Notes under the pieces: model-generated | Databases searched by the model: none | The model's input: the letters and a program-made list of their open reading frames with translations, nothing else | What the model was told of the DNA's origin: nothing | Virus record (IMG/VR): IMGVR_UViG_3300033997_000243 | Location: 248,001 to 312,000 of that record | Strand: one strand, 5' to 3' | DNA length: 64,000 nucleotides | Part shown: piece by piece, positions 1-10,085 of the stretch | Position numbering within the stretch: position 1 is the stretch's first letter | How the letters are laid out: each line of letters opens with the position of its first letter | Made by a program: the position numbers and the translations under genes

Positions 1-411
1 ACGCGCAGTCAAAATATCAATAATCATTTTTAATTGTGGGCGAAGTGCAATACTTTTAGCATCGTCACCGTCAGAAAAACGATTACCTTTATAACCACTT
101 AAATATTTTTCTGGAAATTTAGCAGCATCTTCTCCGCGTAAACGCTTTTCCATGAAATCGCGCATTATTTTCTTGCGCTTGTCCGAACCTTTTTTGTGGT
201 CAAATACAACAGCTAAAATAACTTGACCTCGTGACGCTAATCTTCTGCGAATAAGAGCATTTAGCATAACGCAAAAAGTTTTAGCTGCTCCAGTAGGTGT
301 TCCGTCTTTTAACGTCATTCCCTTATTTTTTAAACTGGAGTAATATGCTCGATTGAGCCAATTGTGGCCGTCAATAATATCTATAACCGGATTAGGTTTG
401 ATTTTACTCAT
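1..411 (-). CDS. 5'-3' exonuclease (PolA N-terminal / T4 RNase H / FEN family), truncated by window edge
   Basis: Not in ORF track. Hand translation from ATG 411: MSKIKPNPVIDIIDGHNWLNRAYY...DGTPTGA...VVFD...YKGNR, the FEN/PolA 5' nuclease motifs. ATGA overlap with upstream gene. Confidence 0.85.
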   Translation of the reverse strand, partial: MSKIKPNPVIDIIDGHNWLNRAYYSSLKNKGMTLKDGTPTGAAKTFCVMLNALIRRRLASRGQVILAVVFDHKKGSDKRKKIMRDFMEKRLRGEDAAKFPEKYLSGYKGNRFSDGDDAKSIALRPQLKMIIDILTAR

Positions 412-1109
412 TTGATTATCCCATGTTCGGATAGTTGAATTCTTTCCAATTTATCCGAATCGACCATTAGATTGTATACTAATGGATTTACAGTTTGCGC
501 TACGTAAGGAGTTTCAGTTTCTTTAGATGCTTTTAACCAACGTAAAGATTTAGCATTTACGTGAACAACTCGTTTTGGCTTAACTTGTGTAATAAGCCAC
601 TTTTCAAAAAAGCAACCAACGCTGCGATGACACTCAGCAAATTCTTCAAGCTTTTTCGGAGCGAGTATTCCAGAAAGCGTTTTGTATTCTGAAATAATAG
701 ATCCATTTTCTACTGTATGTATGTCCACAAACTGAAAACTTTTTCCTATAGTCCCCATATTCATAGGAACGCCAGCAAAAATAAAAGATCTTATGTCCGA
801 TTCTGTTTTCATGTTTTCTAACAACAGACAGAGAACTTTATTCCCACCAAAGAAATGCTTTATGTTTTCAACAGTCAGGTCATAAATATTGTTTATGACA
901 ACAAGATCTGTTATCACAGGTTTGAACGGCACATCTTCTGGATTAGCGCATAAATAAACGGAATACTTATCACGCACAAATTTTCTTTTCTTTAAAGGAT
1001 TTGGCCAGCTGCCTCTGATTATATATTGCCTTCCATGTATGTCACAGAAATCTGGCCCTTGCTTTTTAGCTGTGTTACTGCAACCACACGAATATAAAGT
1101 GCATATCAT
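408..1109 (-). CDS. hypothetical protein with N-terminal Cys/His cluster
   Basis: 233 aa ORF, AGGAG RBS, CxxxxCxC...FCxxH. Confidence 0.75.
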   Translation of the reverse strand: MICTLYSCGCSNTAKKQGPDFCDIHGRQYIIRGSWPNPLKKRKFVRDKYSVYLCANPEDVPFKPVITDLVVINNIYDLTVENIKHFFGGNKVLCLLLENMKTESDIRSFIFAGVPMNMGTIGKSFQFVDIHTVENGSIISEYKTLSGILAPKKLEEFAECHRSVGCFFEKWLITQVKPKRVVHVNAKSLRWLKASKETETPYVAQTVNPLVYNLMVDSDKLERIQLSEHGIIK

Positions 1110-1134
1110 AAATCTCTCCTATTACTAAAGAAAG

Positions 1135-1142
1135 ATTTACAG
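1135..1142 (-). promoter_or_regulatory. class II candidate promoter motif CTGTAAAT
   Basis: Recurrent motif, 26 nt upstream of start 1109. Confidence 0.55.
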
Positions 1143-1147
1143 TTTTA

Positions 1148-1450
1148 CTAATGCCACTCGGCTCGTTGGTTAATTAATTTCTGGTCTGGATGATTTTGAA
1201 TAAAGGTAGAAAGGTTCCTGTGTAGCTTTCTGCAATTAAGGCGTCCATTTGTATAGCAATAGCAACTTAACTTATCTGGAACCATAAGCGGCATTACCTG
1301 TTGGACTTTCTTTTTAAAGGTTTCCATATAGCGCTGCGCTTCTAGTGTATCGCTTGTATCACATAAAACAACAGTAAGTTCTCCTGCCATTTGATTGCGT
1401 ACAAAATGATTAACGGTTAAAACTGAGGAATGTACAAGTTGAATATTCAT
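1148..1450 (-). CDS. hypothetical protein
   Basis: ORF; start moved to ATG 1450 (MNIQL), downstream of terminator and AGGA. Confidence 0.7.
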   Translation of the reverse strand: MNIQLVHSSVLTVNHFVRNQMAGELTVVLCDTSDTLEAQRYMETFKKKVQQVMPLMVPDKLSCYCYTNGRLNCRKLHRNLSTFIQNHPDQKLINQRAEWH

Positions 1451-1465
1451 AATGAAATTCCTAAT

Positions 1466-1492
1466 AAAAAAGGGCGACACTGGGCCGCCCTT
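1466..1492 (-). terminator. intrinsic terminator
   Basis: AGGGCG/CGCCCT stem followed by U-tract on minus strand. Confidence 0.7.
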
Positions 1493-1506
1493 CCTTGGGT
1501 TAACTG

Positions 1507-1884
1507 TTATTCAAAGTCATCTTCTTCAGATTCAGCATCTTCAAAGGACGGTATGATTGTAATCAAAATGGTTTGACGAGTACCAAGCGCTAATAACGTA
1601 ACGCCTGAAATCATTGCAATGTTTTCAACGCCATCTTCTTCAGCTGAAGATTCGTCACCAACATACAATTCGTTTTCTTCCTGAAATTCACCAAAAGCAT
1701 CCACTAAAATTTCAGCTGTTTCGTAGTTAACGATCTCACCAAGATTTACGTATTTATCGTACTCTTGTTCAAAGCGTTTTAAGGTTTCCAGATCTTCCCC
1801 ATTGAAATTTCCAACAGGTAATATAACCAGTGCAGGGGCAGAACTCAAATCAACCTGAGAAAAATCAAACAAAGTTTCCATCAT
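1507..1884 (-). CDS. acidic hypothetical protein ending EEDDFE
   Basis: 125 aa ORF in operon. Confidence 0.8.
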   Translation of the reverse strand: MMETLFDFSQVDLSSAPALVILPVGNFNGEDLETLKRFEQEYDKYVNLGEIVNYETAEILVDAFGEFQEENELYVGDESSAEEDGVENIAMISGVTLLALGTRQTILITIIPSFEDAESEEDDFE

Positions 1885-1892
1885 TACTTCCT

Positions 1893-2162
1893 TTACTTTT
1901 TAAGTTGAGATAAAACTGCTTGCATAAGCAGTTTGTTCGGTATGGTTGCCATCATAAAATAAAACAAGTAAGCATCTTGTTGACTAGAAGGCAACTTATA
2001 AAATTGTTCAGAAACAGATCCGCTAAAGCTTGTTGCAATCTTAACTTGCAACTCAAGATCGGTTATAAAGCTTAAATCAAGTTTAACATGATCTTCTGCC
2101 CAAGCTTTAACAGGCTGTTTTGTAAGTTCTGACCAAGCGGCATTTAACTCTTCATTATTCAT
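1893..2162 (-). CDS. hypothetical protein
   Basis: 89 aa ORF, overlap-coupled. Confidence 0.75.
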   Translation of the reverse strand: MNNEELNAAWSELTKQPVKAWAEDHVKLDLSFITDLELQVKIATSFSGSVSEQFYKLPSSQQDAYLFYFMMATIPNKLLMQAVLSQLKK

Positions 2163-2538
2163 CTTGTTTATGATCCCTGTATGTCAATGTTGTTTTGTAC
2201 TGCATTGAATTAAACGGAACACCAGCAAGAGTTGTAGCTCCTGACATCCAAGCCATTACACGATTAACCAACAAACCAGCCGGATAATAAAGAACGTGTG
2301 GAATTACATAGCACGAATTTAAAGAGACGAGATTCTCGGCATTTGCTTGTAGTGCATCAGTCGCGTCTTTTGTAGTGAAGAATCTAACAATAGGTTCTAG
2401 CACTCCTTGATTGCTTCTAAAAATAATCCCAACACAAAACGCCGGTAAATTCACATCTTGAATAAGCAAGCGTATGTTTGATCCAGATTCTTTTTCCTCA
2501 AATTTCTTCAGAAATTCTGACCAAGAAAGTTCCATCAT
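2155..2538 (-). CDS. hypothetical protein
   Basis: 127 aa ORF, ATGA overlap, AGGAG RBS. Confidence 0.8.
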   Translation of the reverse strand: MMELSWSEFLKKFEEKESGSNIRLLIQDVNLPAFCVGIIFRSNQGVLEPIVRFFTTKDATDALQANAENLVSLNSCYVIPHVLYYPAGLLVNRVMAWMSGATTLAGVPFNSMQYKTTLTYRDHKQDE

Positions 2539-3320
2539 TTTCTCCTGAACAGGGCAACATCACTAACCATGCGTTTTGGCGCATATATGTAATTATCACT
2601 TTGAAGGGATTTGAATTTGAATTGCACGGTTGCCATTCTGTTAGACATTCTTTCAGGAAACATACGACGCACAACCATATAAAAATTGTAGCTGTATATA
2701 TGAAAGCTATCGTTGACAACTTCAAACAAAAAATCCTCAAGAAAGGTTTTTGTCTTTATGGCTTCAGGTGAAGTAAACTCTGAATAACCTTTACGCTCAA
2801 ATGCTATTAATGATGCAACAGCATATAAGAAATTGTTAGAGAAATTCACCAAATCTTTTGGGGCAAAAAATCTCAAAAACAACAGAGGTAGAGTTCTGTG
2901 AAATAAATTCAAATAAGTTTCAGTTGTTGTATTCTGGAAACGAGGATCTTCTGAAAATTTCTTAGAAAGCTCGGCAACCATCTTTTGCACTTCAACTGAA
3001 AAATTACTTTTGATAGATGACCTAGCAACAGTATCATATAGATCCGTAGCTACATAATCATTTATATCGAAAAGTTCTTTGTTTATCAAATCACGGCACA
3101 TAAATGCACCGTATTGATTGAAGTGTCTGTCTGTAAACCAAGCGGGATGCTCTGAAGTAAAAGCAAAGAGAATATCTTCAATTGCTTTTACTTCAGACAA
3201 AATTCCTCTCCTCAGATTATCTTCAAAGAAAGATAATGGCTGACGAATGAATCGGTGGAATACAAGCCAGTCAGATATTGCCGCAGTTCCTTTATAGAAA
3301 AGGTCACGGGCTAACTTCAT
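2535..3320 (-). CDS. hypothetical protein
   Basis: 261 aa ORF coupled to portal gene. Confidence 0.8.
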   Translation of the reverse strand: MKLARDLFYKGTAAISDWLVFHRFIRQPLSFFEDNLRRGILSEVKAIEDILFAFTSEHPAWFTDRHFNQYGAFMCRDLINKELFDINDYVATDLYDTVARSSIKSNFSVEVQKMVAELSKKFSEDPRFQNTTTETYLNLFHRTLPLLFLRFFAPKDLVNFSNNFLYAVASLIAFERKGYSEFTSPEAIKTKTFLEDFLFEVVNDSFHIYSYNFYMVVRRMFPERMSNRMATVQFKFKSLQSDNYIYAPKRMVSDVALFRRK

Positions 3321-5248
3321 TTAACTACTCCAAGAAGCCGTTGCATTTCTCTTTGCGTTGGCTTTAAATTTGTCATTGTTTCATGCGTTAACAATGGTGC
3401 ATTGCCATTCTTACTCATAGCAACTAAGGCTTTTGTAATCTTGGCATTTATCATCTTGTTTTTCGCAGTCTGATTAAATACATGCTTTTTCTTACCGCTA
3501 TGATCGTGAGTATATAACTCGCTGCCTTCACCAAAATCGTGACGTAAAAGATTTTGTGAAGCACCGCCCAGAATATTACTGAATCCGCGTGGCTGTGCAG
3601 TTACTTTATCAAGATAGCGATCTGGATTGAAATAACGATCAGAGCTTGAAGAACTGAAAGATCCCATTCCTCCGCCACCGCCTTCACCACCACCTTCGGC
3701 AGCAGCATATTTAGCGGTCATATCGGCAACACGTTTTTTGTAATCAAGAAGTTGACGTTGAATAGCAAAATCTTCATCTTGATTTAATAACAGCTGATCC
3801 AAGTTAAATCCACCAGCAGCAGCCATCATTCGTATTGGAACTGGAATTCCAGCAGCAGTCATACGATCAAGAATTTCCATATAAGATTGATCTTGCTCAG
3901 GCTTTAAACTTTTTGCCCAATGTACATTTGGAATTAAAAGTTTTGAACCATCTTGCATTAAACGTAAGCGTTCTTCTGTAGTTCCAGACATCAAGCCTTC
4001 ACGTTTAACAATCTTACCTTTACGAATTGTATTACCGTGCATCATAGAAACTAACGGAAATACTTTATCGTAGAAAATGCAACGAGTTTGCATATCACGA
4101 TATGCTCTCATTGTTTCAGTGAAAACAGTCATTGAGCCTTCCATTGTTTGATAACTTGCGTCACCACTCAAGAAAGCTTCACTTATTCCAAGCGCTCTCA
4201 TTTTTGCTGGAGTTGTTTGATCCCAAATGTCAGTAACTTTCCAAAAGTCACCACCTGGTCTTAACTCGCTAACGCTAATACCTAAACGTGTTGCGACAAC
4301 AGCACCTATAGGATCAGCATCAGCATCAAGAAATAAATCAGTTGCTTGTTCGTAATCTTGTGGTGTAGGTTCCCAACCTTCTTCACCTAACATTAAGTGA
4401 AGTATGGCTCGTTGTCTACGTCCACTTTCAATCAGTGTTCCGCGATATAAATTTTTCTCAATCAACCAAAGTGGAAGCACTCGTTTAAAGTAACTAACAC
4501 CTTCACCATAAGAGAAAGTTTTACGTGGAACATACAAAGTACCTACTGGATCTAATTCAATTTGATCGTTGAGTAGTTTGTTAAAAAATTCTATACCAAG
4601 ACTTTGACGTATTTGCTCTATGCGTTTTGAAGGCAAACCCAAAGTACGTTTCATATCAGCATCAAGCTGCAAGTACATTATTGGATCTTGACCAAATAAT
4701 GGCAAAGAGTGTACGGTAAGGTTTTCATATTTGTGACACATCAAATCAATGAATTGCTTTTTCTGGCTGTTGTACAAAATAGTTGCAGTGAATGCGCCAG
4801 TAACTTGATGGTCAATACTAATACGAGGCATTGCTGTACGCAGATTCAAGAGTTCAACTACTTCTCTGTATTGATCTAAATATTTGTCCGAAGCTCCGGC
4901 CAAACTAAATTCAGAAAAAGGAAGCGTTGAGTATAAATCTGCACAAGATCCACAAACAGGATCGTGCCAGTACATATCACGATAAACTCTGAACAGTTGC
5001 TGATCTTTTAAATCACTGTCCATACCTTCTAATAATAAAGAGGTATCTAAGTTTACGTCTAAACTACTCATACGTGCGCCAGCTGAAGCGTTACTTTCAG
5101 ATCTGAAGCCTTGTTGTTCGGATCGTGTTTTCTTTTTTTCTGCCTCAGCAGCTTTGCGAACACTAACACGATCTTTAGATGACGTACCTAACCCTTCTTG
5201 ATCTCGACTTCGAGAAGTGGAAGGAATTGTTTTCTTAAAACTGAACAT
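3317..5248 (-). CDS. portal protein (T4 gp20-like)
   Basis: 643 aa; YRDMYWHDPVCGSCAD resembles the gp20-type YRxM..P.V...D motif; YGEGVSYF and KMRALGISEAFL are portal-like segments; lies near terminase. Confidence 0.7.
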   Translation of the reverse strand: MFSFKKTIPSTSRSRDQEGLGTSSKDRVSVRKAAEAEKKKTRSEQQGFRSESNASAGARMSSLDVNLDTSLLLEGMDSDLKDQQLFRVYRDMYWHDPVCGSCADLYSTLPFSEFSLAGASDKYLDQYREVVELLNLRTAMPRISIDHQVTGAFTATILYNSQKKQFIDLMCHKYENLTVHSLPLFGQDPIMYLQLDADMKRTLGLPSKRIEQIRQSLGIEFFNKLLNDQIELDPVGTLYVPRKTFSYGEGVSYFKRVLPLWLIEKNLYRGTLIESGRRQRAILHLMLGEEGWEPTPQDYEQATDLFLDADADPIGAVVATRLGISVSELRPGGDFWKVTDIWDQTTPAKMRALGISEAFLSGDASYQTMEGSMTVFTETMRAYRDMQTRCIFYDKVFPLVSMMHGNTIRKGKIVKREGLMSGTTEERLRLMQDGSKLLIPNVHWAKSLKPEQDQSYMEILDRMTAAGIPVPIRMMAAAGGFNLDQLLLNQDEDFAIQRQLLDYKKRVADMTAKYAAAEGGGEGGGGGMGSFSSSSSDRYFNPDRYLDKVTAQPRGFSNILGGASQNLLRHDFGEGSELYTHDHSGKKKHVFNQTAKNKMINAKITKALVAMSKNGNAPLLTHETMTNLKPTQREMQRLLGVVK

Positions 5249-5274
5249 TATGTATTCTCCATATCTGTAATTGT

Positions 5275-5282
5275 ATTTACAG
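5275..5282 (-). promoter_or_regulatory. class II candidate promoter motif CTGTAAAT
   Basis: 27 nt upstream of portal start. Confidence 0.55.
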
Positions 5283-5294
5283 ATTTAGTGGATG

Positions 5295-5531
5295 TTACGC
5301 AGGAATAGGTGTAACCACGCAACATGGAGCGCACATATAAGCATCCACTGTGCTCATGCTATGTGTGTTAGCTTTAACTATATCCATAGAAACACCACAC
5401 TTTGGACACACACCAGCACGAGTGTTATCTACACTACTTTCACTCTTAATCGCACTACTTTCACTTGAAAGCTTTTGTTGTTTAACAAGTGCGAATGGAT
5501 CTAAAGGCTTTTTTCTTTGAGTTTGGTTCAT
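5295..5531 (-). CDS. small Zn-ribbon protein
   Basis: CPKC...CAPC motif, 78 aa. Confidence 0.75.
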   Translation of the reverse strand: MNQTQRKKPLDPFALVKQQKLSSESSAIKSESSVDNTRAGVCPKCGVSMDIVKANTHSMSTVDAYMCAPCCVVTPIPA

Positions 5532-5551
5532 GATCAGTTTCCTTGTGTTTA

Positions 5552-5564
5552 TACCCTTAAATTA
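5552..5564 (-). promoter_or_regulatory. class III candidate promoter TAATTTAAGGGTA
   Basis: Identical 13-mer also lies ~20 nt before the only plus-strand gene (51939-51951). Confidence 0.45.
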
Positions 5565-5587
5565 TCGAATTAGAGCATGTACCCTAC

Positions 5588-6271
5588 TTATTCTAAACAA
5601 GCGTTTATATATGGCAAATAAGGCAAATCAGCAGGATCTACATTTTCGGACAAAAACTTATCATAGATAAGGCGAGGTTTTTCATAAGGCAATTTCACAC
5701 TAGGAAATATCGAACTTTGGAAGTTCAGAATACCTACAATGAATTTACCACGCATCAATCTTAGATCATTATCTGTGTTAATAGCTCCAACAAATCGAAT
5801 AACTAAATTCCCACACAAAGAGAATTCCATGTCACAGTCTTTAATTGTTAAGGCTTTAAAAGAATTGCTATTGTATTCAGCCAATGATTTAAGTAAATTT
5901 GAGAACCAAGGACTATCTCGGAAAATATCTTTGAATCGATTGAACATATATGCACGTTCAGTACGACACAAATAAAGGTGTTTAGGTTGTGCGTTGTGTT
6001 CGTGAAAATTGAGTGTTGTTATTTGAGTATGTATCGCATATAAAAATAATGCTTCATAATAGTTAACATCACCCATTACACTATTTTGAAAAAATGTAAT
6101 TTTGTGTGCGTAGTCCATTACACTTGCAGTAGACATCTTTTCCCAAATAACAGATTGCCCTAAAAACTGAGGCGCAGAGACAAACTCAAGAAAATTTGCG
6201 GCTTTAAGTACATTATGTTTTTGCAGAAAGTCTGAGTGATGCTTAGCACTATAGACATATTGATTTGACAT
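5588..6271 (-). CDS. hypothetical protein
   Basis: 227 aa ORF, AGGAG RBS. Confidence 0.8.
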   Translation of the reverse strand: MSNQYVYSAKHHSDFLQKHNVLKAANFLEFVSAPQFLGQSVIWEKMSTASVMDYAHKITFFQNSVMGDVNYYEALFLYAIHTQITTLNFHEHNAQPKHLYLCRTERAYMFNRFKDIFRDSPWFSNLLKSLAEYNSNSFKALTIKDCDMEFSLCGNLVIRFVGAINTDNDLRLMRGKFIVGILNFQSSIFPSVKLPYEKPRLIYDKFLSENVDPADLPYLPYINACLE

Positions 6272-6284
6272 AGGTTTCTCCTGA

Positions 6285-6307
6285 TAGGGGATAAAGTTTA
6301 TCCCCTA
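6285..6307 (-). terminator. hairpin / possible terminator after terminase
   Basis: TAGGGGATAAA-G-TTTATCCCCTA perfect inverted repeat; weak U-tract. Confidence 0.5.
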
Positions 6308-6313
6308 ATCAAT

Positions 6314-9262
6314 TTATTTTCCTGTTCGTTTTACACCAATGAATTTTGTCGAACCCGAATAAGTTTTGTTTCCGGTTGTAACAGTAAGTGCATTCATTCC
6401 GCCCGTGAGTTTTTTCAACAGTGCTAACGGTGGCTGAACTTTCTTACTTTCAACCTCACCAACCAAATGCTCTTGATAATCTGGATTAGTTAAACCAAAA
6501 TAACAAAGCGCGGCTGCTCTCCAAAGATCATCGGTGAATCCATTTCCTTTTTCAACAGATTTCTTACCAACATCAACAACGGTTGCAAGTTGCAACAGCA
6601 AATGATGTACAGGTCTACCTTCAAAACACGCTGGATAATCATCGAGGTTACTAGCAAGGATATTTTTAATGCTAGGATCTTCAATGTTTGGTATTTTGAA
6701 TTGACCCATTTCAATAGCTGTTTTAACTTCGTACATATCGTTGTAGCGTAAGCTATATTGACCTGACACTTTTAAACTATCATAGGTGGCTTGAGCATCT
6801 TGCAATAACTTGATACTATTCCAACGGTCTGCTAGAAGTATACTGCAATTGCGCTGTTCAATAAGTGGAAGTACAGCATCTGCAAAAACAGAAGTGAAAC
6901 TTATTGGAATACCAGGAAGAGCATTTATTTCTAAAAGGCAATCCATGTGAGGAATACCATCATGCAAAGATCCACAGACTATGGCAAAACAGTTGTTAGA
7001 GAATCCAGCATCAATAGCCATAACACTCCTAGAACCATTTTGTTTGACGTTAAGTAACTCAACGGTTCTGTGCTTTTCGTCTCGACTGATACGAATAGTT
7101 TTGAGCGCATATTTAACCCAATTTTTACCGCTAGTTCTAACAGTCTCTTCAAGTAATCTGTGATTACTCATAAACGGATTACTTGATAAACTTGGCTCGG
7201 CTCCAAAGTCTCGTGCAGCTCCAATAGGATCTTTACGATATTCTTCACGTATCAATTCACCATCAAATGGAATATGTGGATTCATTTTCCATGTTGGACG
7301 ATGAAGGCCAAGCATCTTACGACTGCCCAAACTTTGTTTATAAAGTTCCATGATTTTGTCACGGATGTTATTTGGAGAACTTACGTTCAACATATATCCG
7401 GTTAACATGAATTGATCAAAGCCTTGTTCGACTAAACGCTTTTCACTTTGTCTGGCAGTAGCCAAACTGTTTGACATTGCTTTATAAACTTCGTGCGCGT
7501 TATCCTTAACTTTTTTACTATCACGATTAGAGTCAAACCACCCAAGTTCATCCAGGGCTCCGAGTATACGAGTACGACCACGAAGTACACGTTTGTCTGG
7601 AGTTGCCGGATAAAGTTTAAGGTTTCTATGACGATAATCAATAAAGGTATCTTTTAGCTTTAGTAGAACTTCTCCGTATTTCTTTTCATAACGACGAAGC
7701 ATTAAGTGATAAGCTTTAAACCAAGGACTATTATTTATGTAACCGAGAAAAGGTTCCCATAAGTTTTGTGTTGCTTGTCCAAGTGTAAGTGCAAGGAAAG
7801 TTCCATGCAATATTTCGTTATTACGAATATTGAAAAGTTCAGTTGGTTTACCACACATCAAAAACAAATGCACTATATAAGCACTTATCATGGTAACAAC
7901 CGCAGACTTGCCGCTGTTATGTGAATCAATGCCATTGGTAATAAAATGTTGTGTGATAGGCATTGTAACATCGTACATGACTTCAGTTCTATCTGTAACT
8001 CCGCAGCTAACAACGGATAAAAGATGCCGATTTCTTTTGACGGATCTGTGATCATCAAATAATATATTTCGGTTTTCGTTTGAGATAGAAATGGAGATTG
8101 TTTCTGAGGTATTTTGAATTGTAGGCAGAATGCCAATGTTTAGCAGCAAGGCATAAACATCTTTTACTAATTGGCGGTAAGCAATAGGATATTGCGTTGT
8201 GTTGTTGTCGAATATTCCACGTAGAAATTCTCGACAATTTTTCATACTATATTTTAAAAGATCTGGATGTAAGCCTTTACCATCCACTGTATCGACCAAC
8301 AAGTCTAGTCGATTTGTAATATCAGATCCTATAGAGCGTAATTCATCAACTGTATAAGGGCAGTTTAAATTTCCCCAACAATTTTGTCCGGTTTGTACAA
8401 CAACTTGCTCACCAGCTTTTATTTGGTGCAAAGCACGATAACCAAACTTTTCAACACGAACAGGATGGTCAAGAGTTCCACTTAAAGTAGATCCATTATC
8501 CAGCTGTAGTGTGTAAACGTGTTCGGCTTTCGTTATATAAAATTCTTTTGTTGTCTCAAGCTTTTCACCGTTGAATACAGGATATTTAAAATCATTGTAA
8601 CCCTGTTTAGCATTGCGCGGAACAAGATCTCCAATTCTTTCAATACCTTTTCCAGTGAAAATATGAGTATCGCCAGTAACACAACGCTGTCCAGCAACAA
8701 CTACAAGTTCGTTATAGAAATTTAGTTCACCACTTGCAATAAGTTCGGATTTACGTGCGCCACACTTTGGACAAACACCATGATGCAAAAGAGACACTTT
8801 TCTGGAAAGTGTTGCTAATGGTTCATCTGCCGAGTGTCCATCATCAGAAAACCATTTTAAATCAGAACATTCAGGTCTTGGACAATACTCAGCAAAAAGT
8901 TTGATACCTATTATGGCCTGTTCGAGATAAGGCGTGGAACTAAGAAAACTTTCATCGTTAGCAAACTGTAAGAAGTTTTTTGCTATCGGCATAGAACTGT
9001 CATCTATACGCAAATCTTTAGAGATCGGCCTAGCATTATCCAGTTCATCATATATAAGTTGTTCGAGATCTAAGACTTCATGGCCATCTTCTAAATCATG
9101 CTTAAAATGATGGCCATCATCGTCGTCATCGTCGTCATGTACTATTGTGACGCTTTCATCGTCATCTTCACCCAACAAATTGAATAAATCATCTAATGGT
9201 TTAATTGCACTAGGTTTTTTGGCTTTACCTATTGGCTTCTTTTTCTTTATCTGCTTTACCAT
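6314..9262 (-). CDS. terL: terminase large subunit with intein
   Basis: Spliced Walker A VVAGQR|SGKS, Walker B LGALDELGW, VSSP coupling motif, RNase H-like nuclease AIDAG...ADRWN...DDLWRA. Confidence 0.9.
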   Translation of the reverse strand: MVKQIKKKKPIGKAKKPSAIKPLDDLFNLLGEDDDESVTIVHDDDDDDDGHHFKHDLEDGHEVLDLEQLIYDELDNARPISKDLRIDDSSMPIAKNFLQFANDESFLSSTPYLEQAIIGIKLFAEYCPRPECSDLKWFSDDGHSADEPLATLSRKVSLLHHGVCPKCGARKSELIASGELNFYNELVVVAGQRCVTGDTHIFTGKGIERIGDLVPRNAKQGYNDFKYPVFNGEKLETTKEFYITKAEHVYTLQLDNGSTLSGTLDHPVRVEKFGYRALHQIKAGEQVVVQTGQNCWGNLNCPYTVDELRSIGSDITNRLDLLVDTVDGKGLHPDLLKYSMKNCREFLRGIFDNNTTQYPIAYRQLVKDVYALLLNIGILPTIQNTSETISISISNENRNILFDDHRSVKRNRHLLSVVSCGVTDRTEVMYDVTMPITQHFITNGIDSHNSGKSAVVTMISAYIVHLFLMCGKPTELFNIRNNEILHGTFLALTLGQATQNLWEPFLGYINNSPWFKAYHLMLRRYEKKYGEVLLKLKDTFIDYRHRNLKLYPATPDKRVLRGRTRILGALDELGWFDSNRDSKKVKDNAHEVYKAMSNSLATARQSEKRLVEQGFDQFMLTGYMLNVSSPNNIRDKIMELYKQSLGSRKMLGLHRPTWKMNPHIPFDGELIREEYRKDPIGAARDFGAEPSLSSNPFMSNHRLLEETVRTSGKNWVKYALKTIRISRDEKHRTVELLNVKQNGSRSVMAIDAGFSNNCFAIVCGSLHDGIPHMDCLLEINALPGIPISFTSVFADAVLPLIEQRNCSILLADRWNSIKLLQDAQATYDSLKVSGQYSLRYNDMYEVKTAIEMGQFKIPNIEDPSIKNILASNLDDYPACFEGRPVHHLLLQLATVVDVGKKSVEKGNGFTDDLWRAAALCYFGLTNPDYQEHLVGEVESKKVQPPLALLKKLTGGMNALTVTTGNKTYSGSTKFIGVKRTGK
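7916..8683 (-). mobile_element. intein (256 aa) in terminase Walker A, degenerate LAGLIDADG remnant
   Basis: Starts CVTGDT, block B GTLDHPV, block F MYDVTM, ends NGIDSHN followed by Ser. Confidence 0.92.
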
Positions 9263-10034
9263 CACGAATTACCTTAGATTTTTTCATTCCAACGCCAGCA
9301 ACATATCCGGCAGGATTGTCCAGTCTTTCTTGGTAACGTCTGTGCTGTTGAGCCGCAAGATTATTTTTAGCTAGATAACGCGCAGATGCAAGAGCATCAG
9401 TTACATAACCTATAATATAAGCTTGTCGGGTTTCTTCACTTAGGTTAGTCAATTGTTTTAGGATAAGGCTAACGAAATCAGTCTTGATCGCGTTATGAAT
9501 ATATGGAATCATATCAACGCTTATCTCAAATTCAGATAAGCCGAGTCCGTCTTTTGCAAATGCCTCTACATAAGCAGAAGCTTCATCAATACCTAAAATT
9601 TGAGGAAGATATTCTTTTATAAAAACATCTTTTATCAAACCTGATTTAGTTTGAAGTATTTTAGGAAAGTTTTTTATATGGGCAGTTTTTAAACGTATCA
9701 GATTGTCAGGTGGAGAAATATCAACTTCGATGTCAACTTCCTGCATGACTTCTTTTTGTTCGGCTGTTCGTTTGTAGCGAGAAAGTTTGCTGAGATCTAC
9801 AGTTGTATATTTTTGTTGAATAAAATCTTGTTCAAAGCTTTCTTCGACAACAACTTGTTTGGCTTCAGGTGGGCGGATTACAATGTGGCATACAGGTTGA
9901 AACCTTGGAAGCTTTTTGACTTTGACCGTTTGACCGTGTATATAAGGTTCACACAAAGATTCTTCTATTTCAACCAAGGGTATTGTATGTTCTGGCAATA
10001 CTCCATAAGGACTATTTTCTGGTGAACTAAACAT
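9225..10034 (-). CDS. hypothetical protein upstream of terL
   Basis: 269 aa ORF. Confidence 0.75.
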   Translation of the reverse strand: MFSSPENSPYGVLPEHTIPLVEIEESLCEPYIHGQTVKVKKLPRFQPVCHIVIRPPEAKQVVVEESFEQDFIQQKYTTVDLSKLSRYKRTAEQKEVMQEVDIEVDISPPDNLIRLKTAHIKNFPKILQTKSGLIKDVFIKEYLPQILGIDEASAYVEAFAKDGLGLSEFEISVDMIPYIHNAIKTDFVSLILKQLTNLSEETRQAYIIGYVTDALASARYLAKNNLAAQQHRRYQERLDNPAGYVAGVGMKKSKVIRDGKADKEKEANR

Positions 10035-10052
10035 ATTTTTATTTCCCCAAAG

Positions 10053-10076
10053 AATAGAGGCACAAAATGTGCCTCT
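10053..10076 (-). terminator. intrinsic terminator candidate
   Basis: AGAGGCACA/TGTGCCTCT stem after dnaB stop. Confidence 0.55.
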
Positions 10077-10085
10077 TATCTAAGT

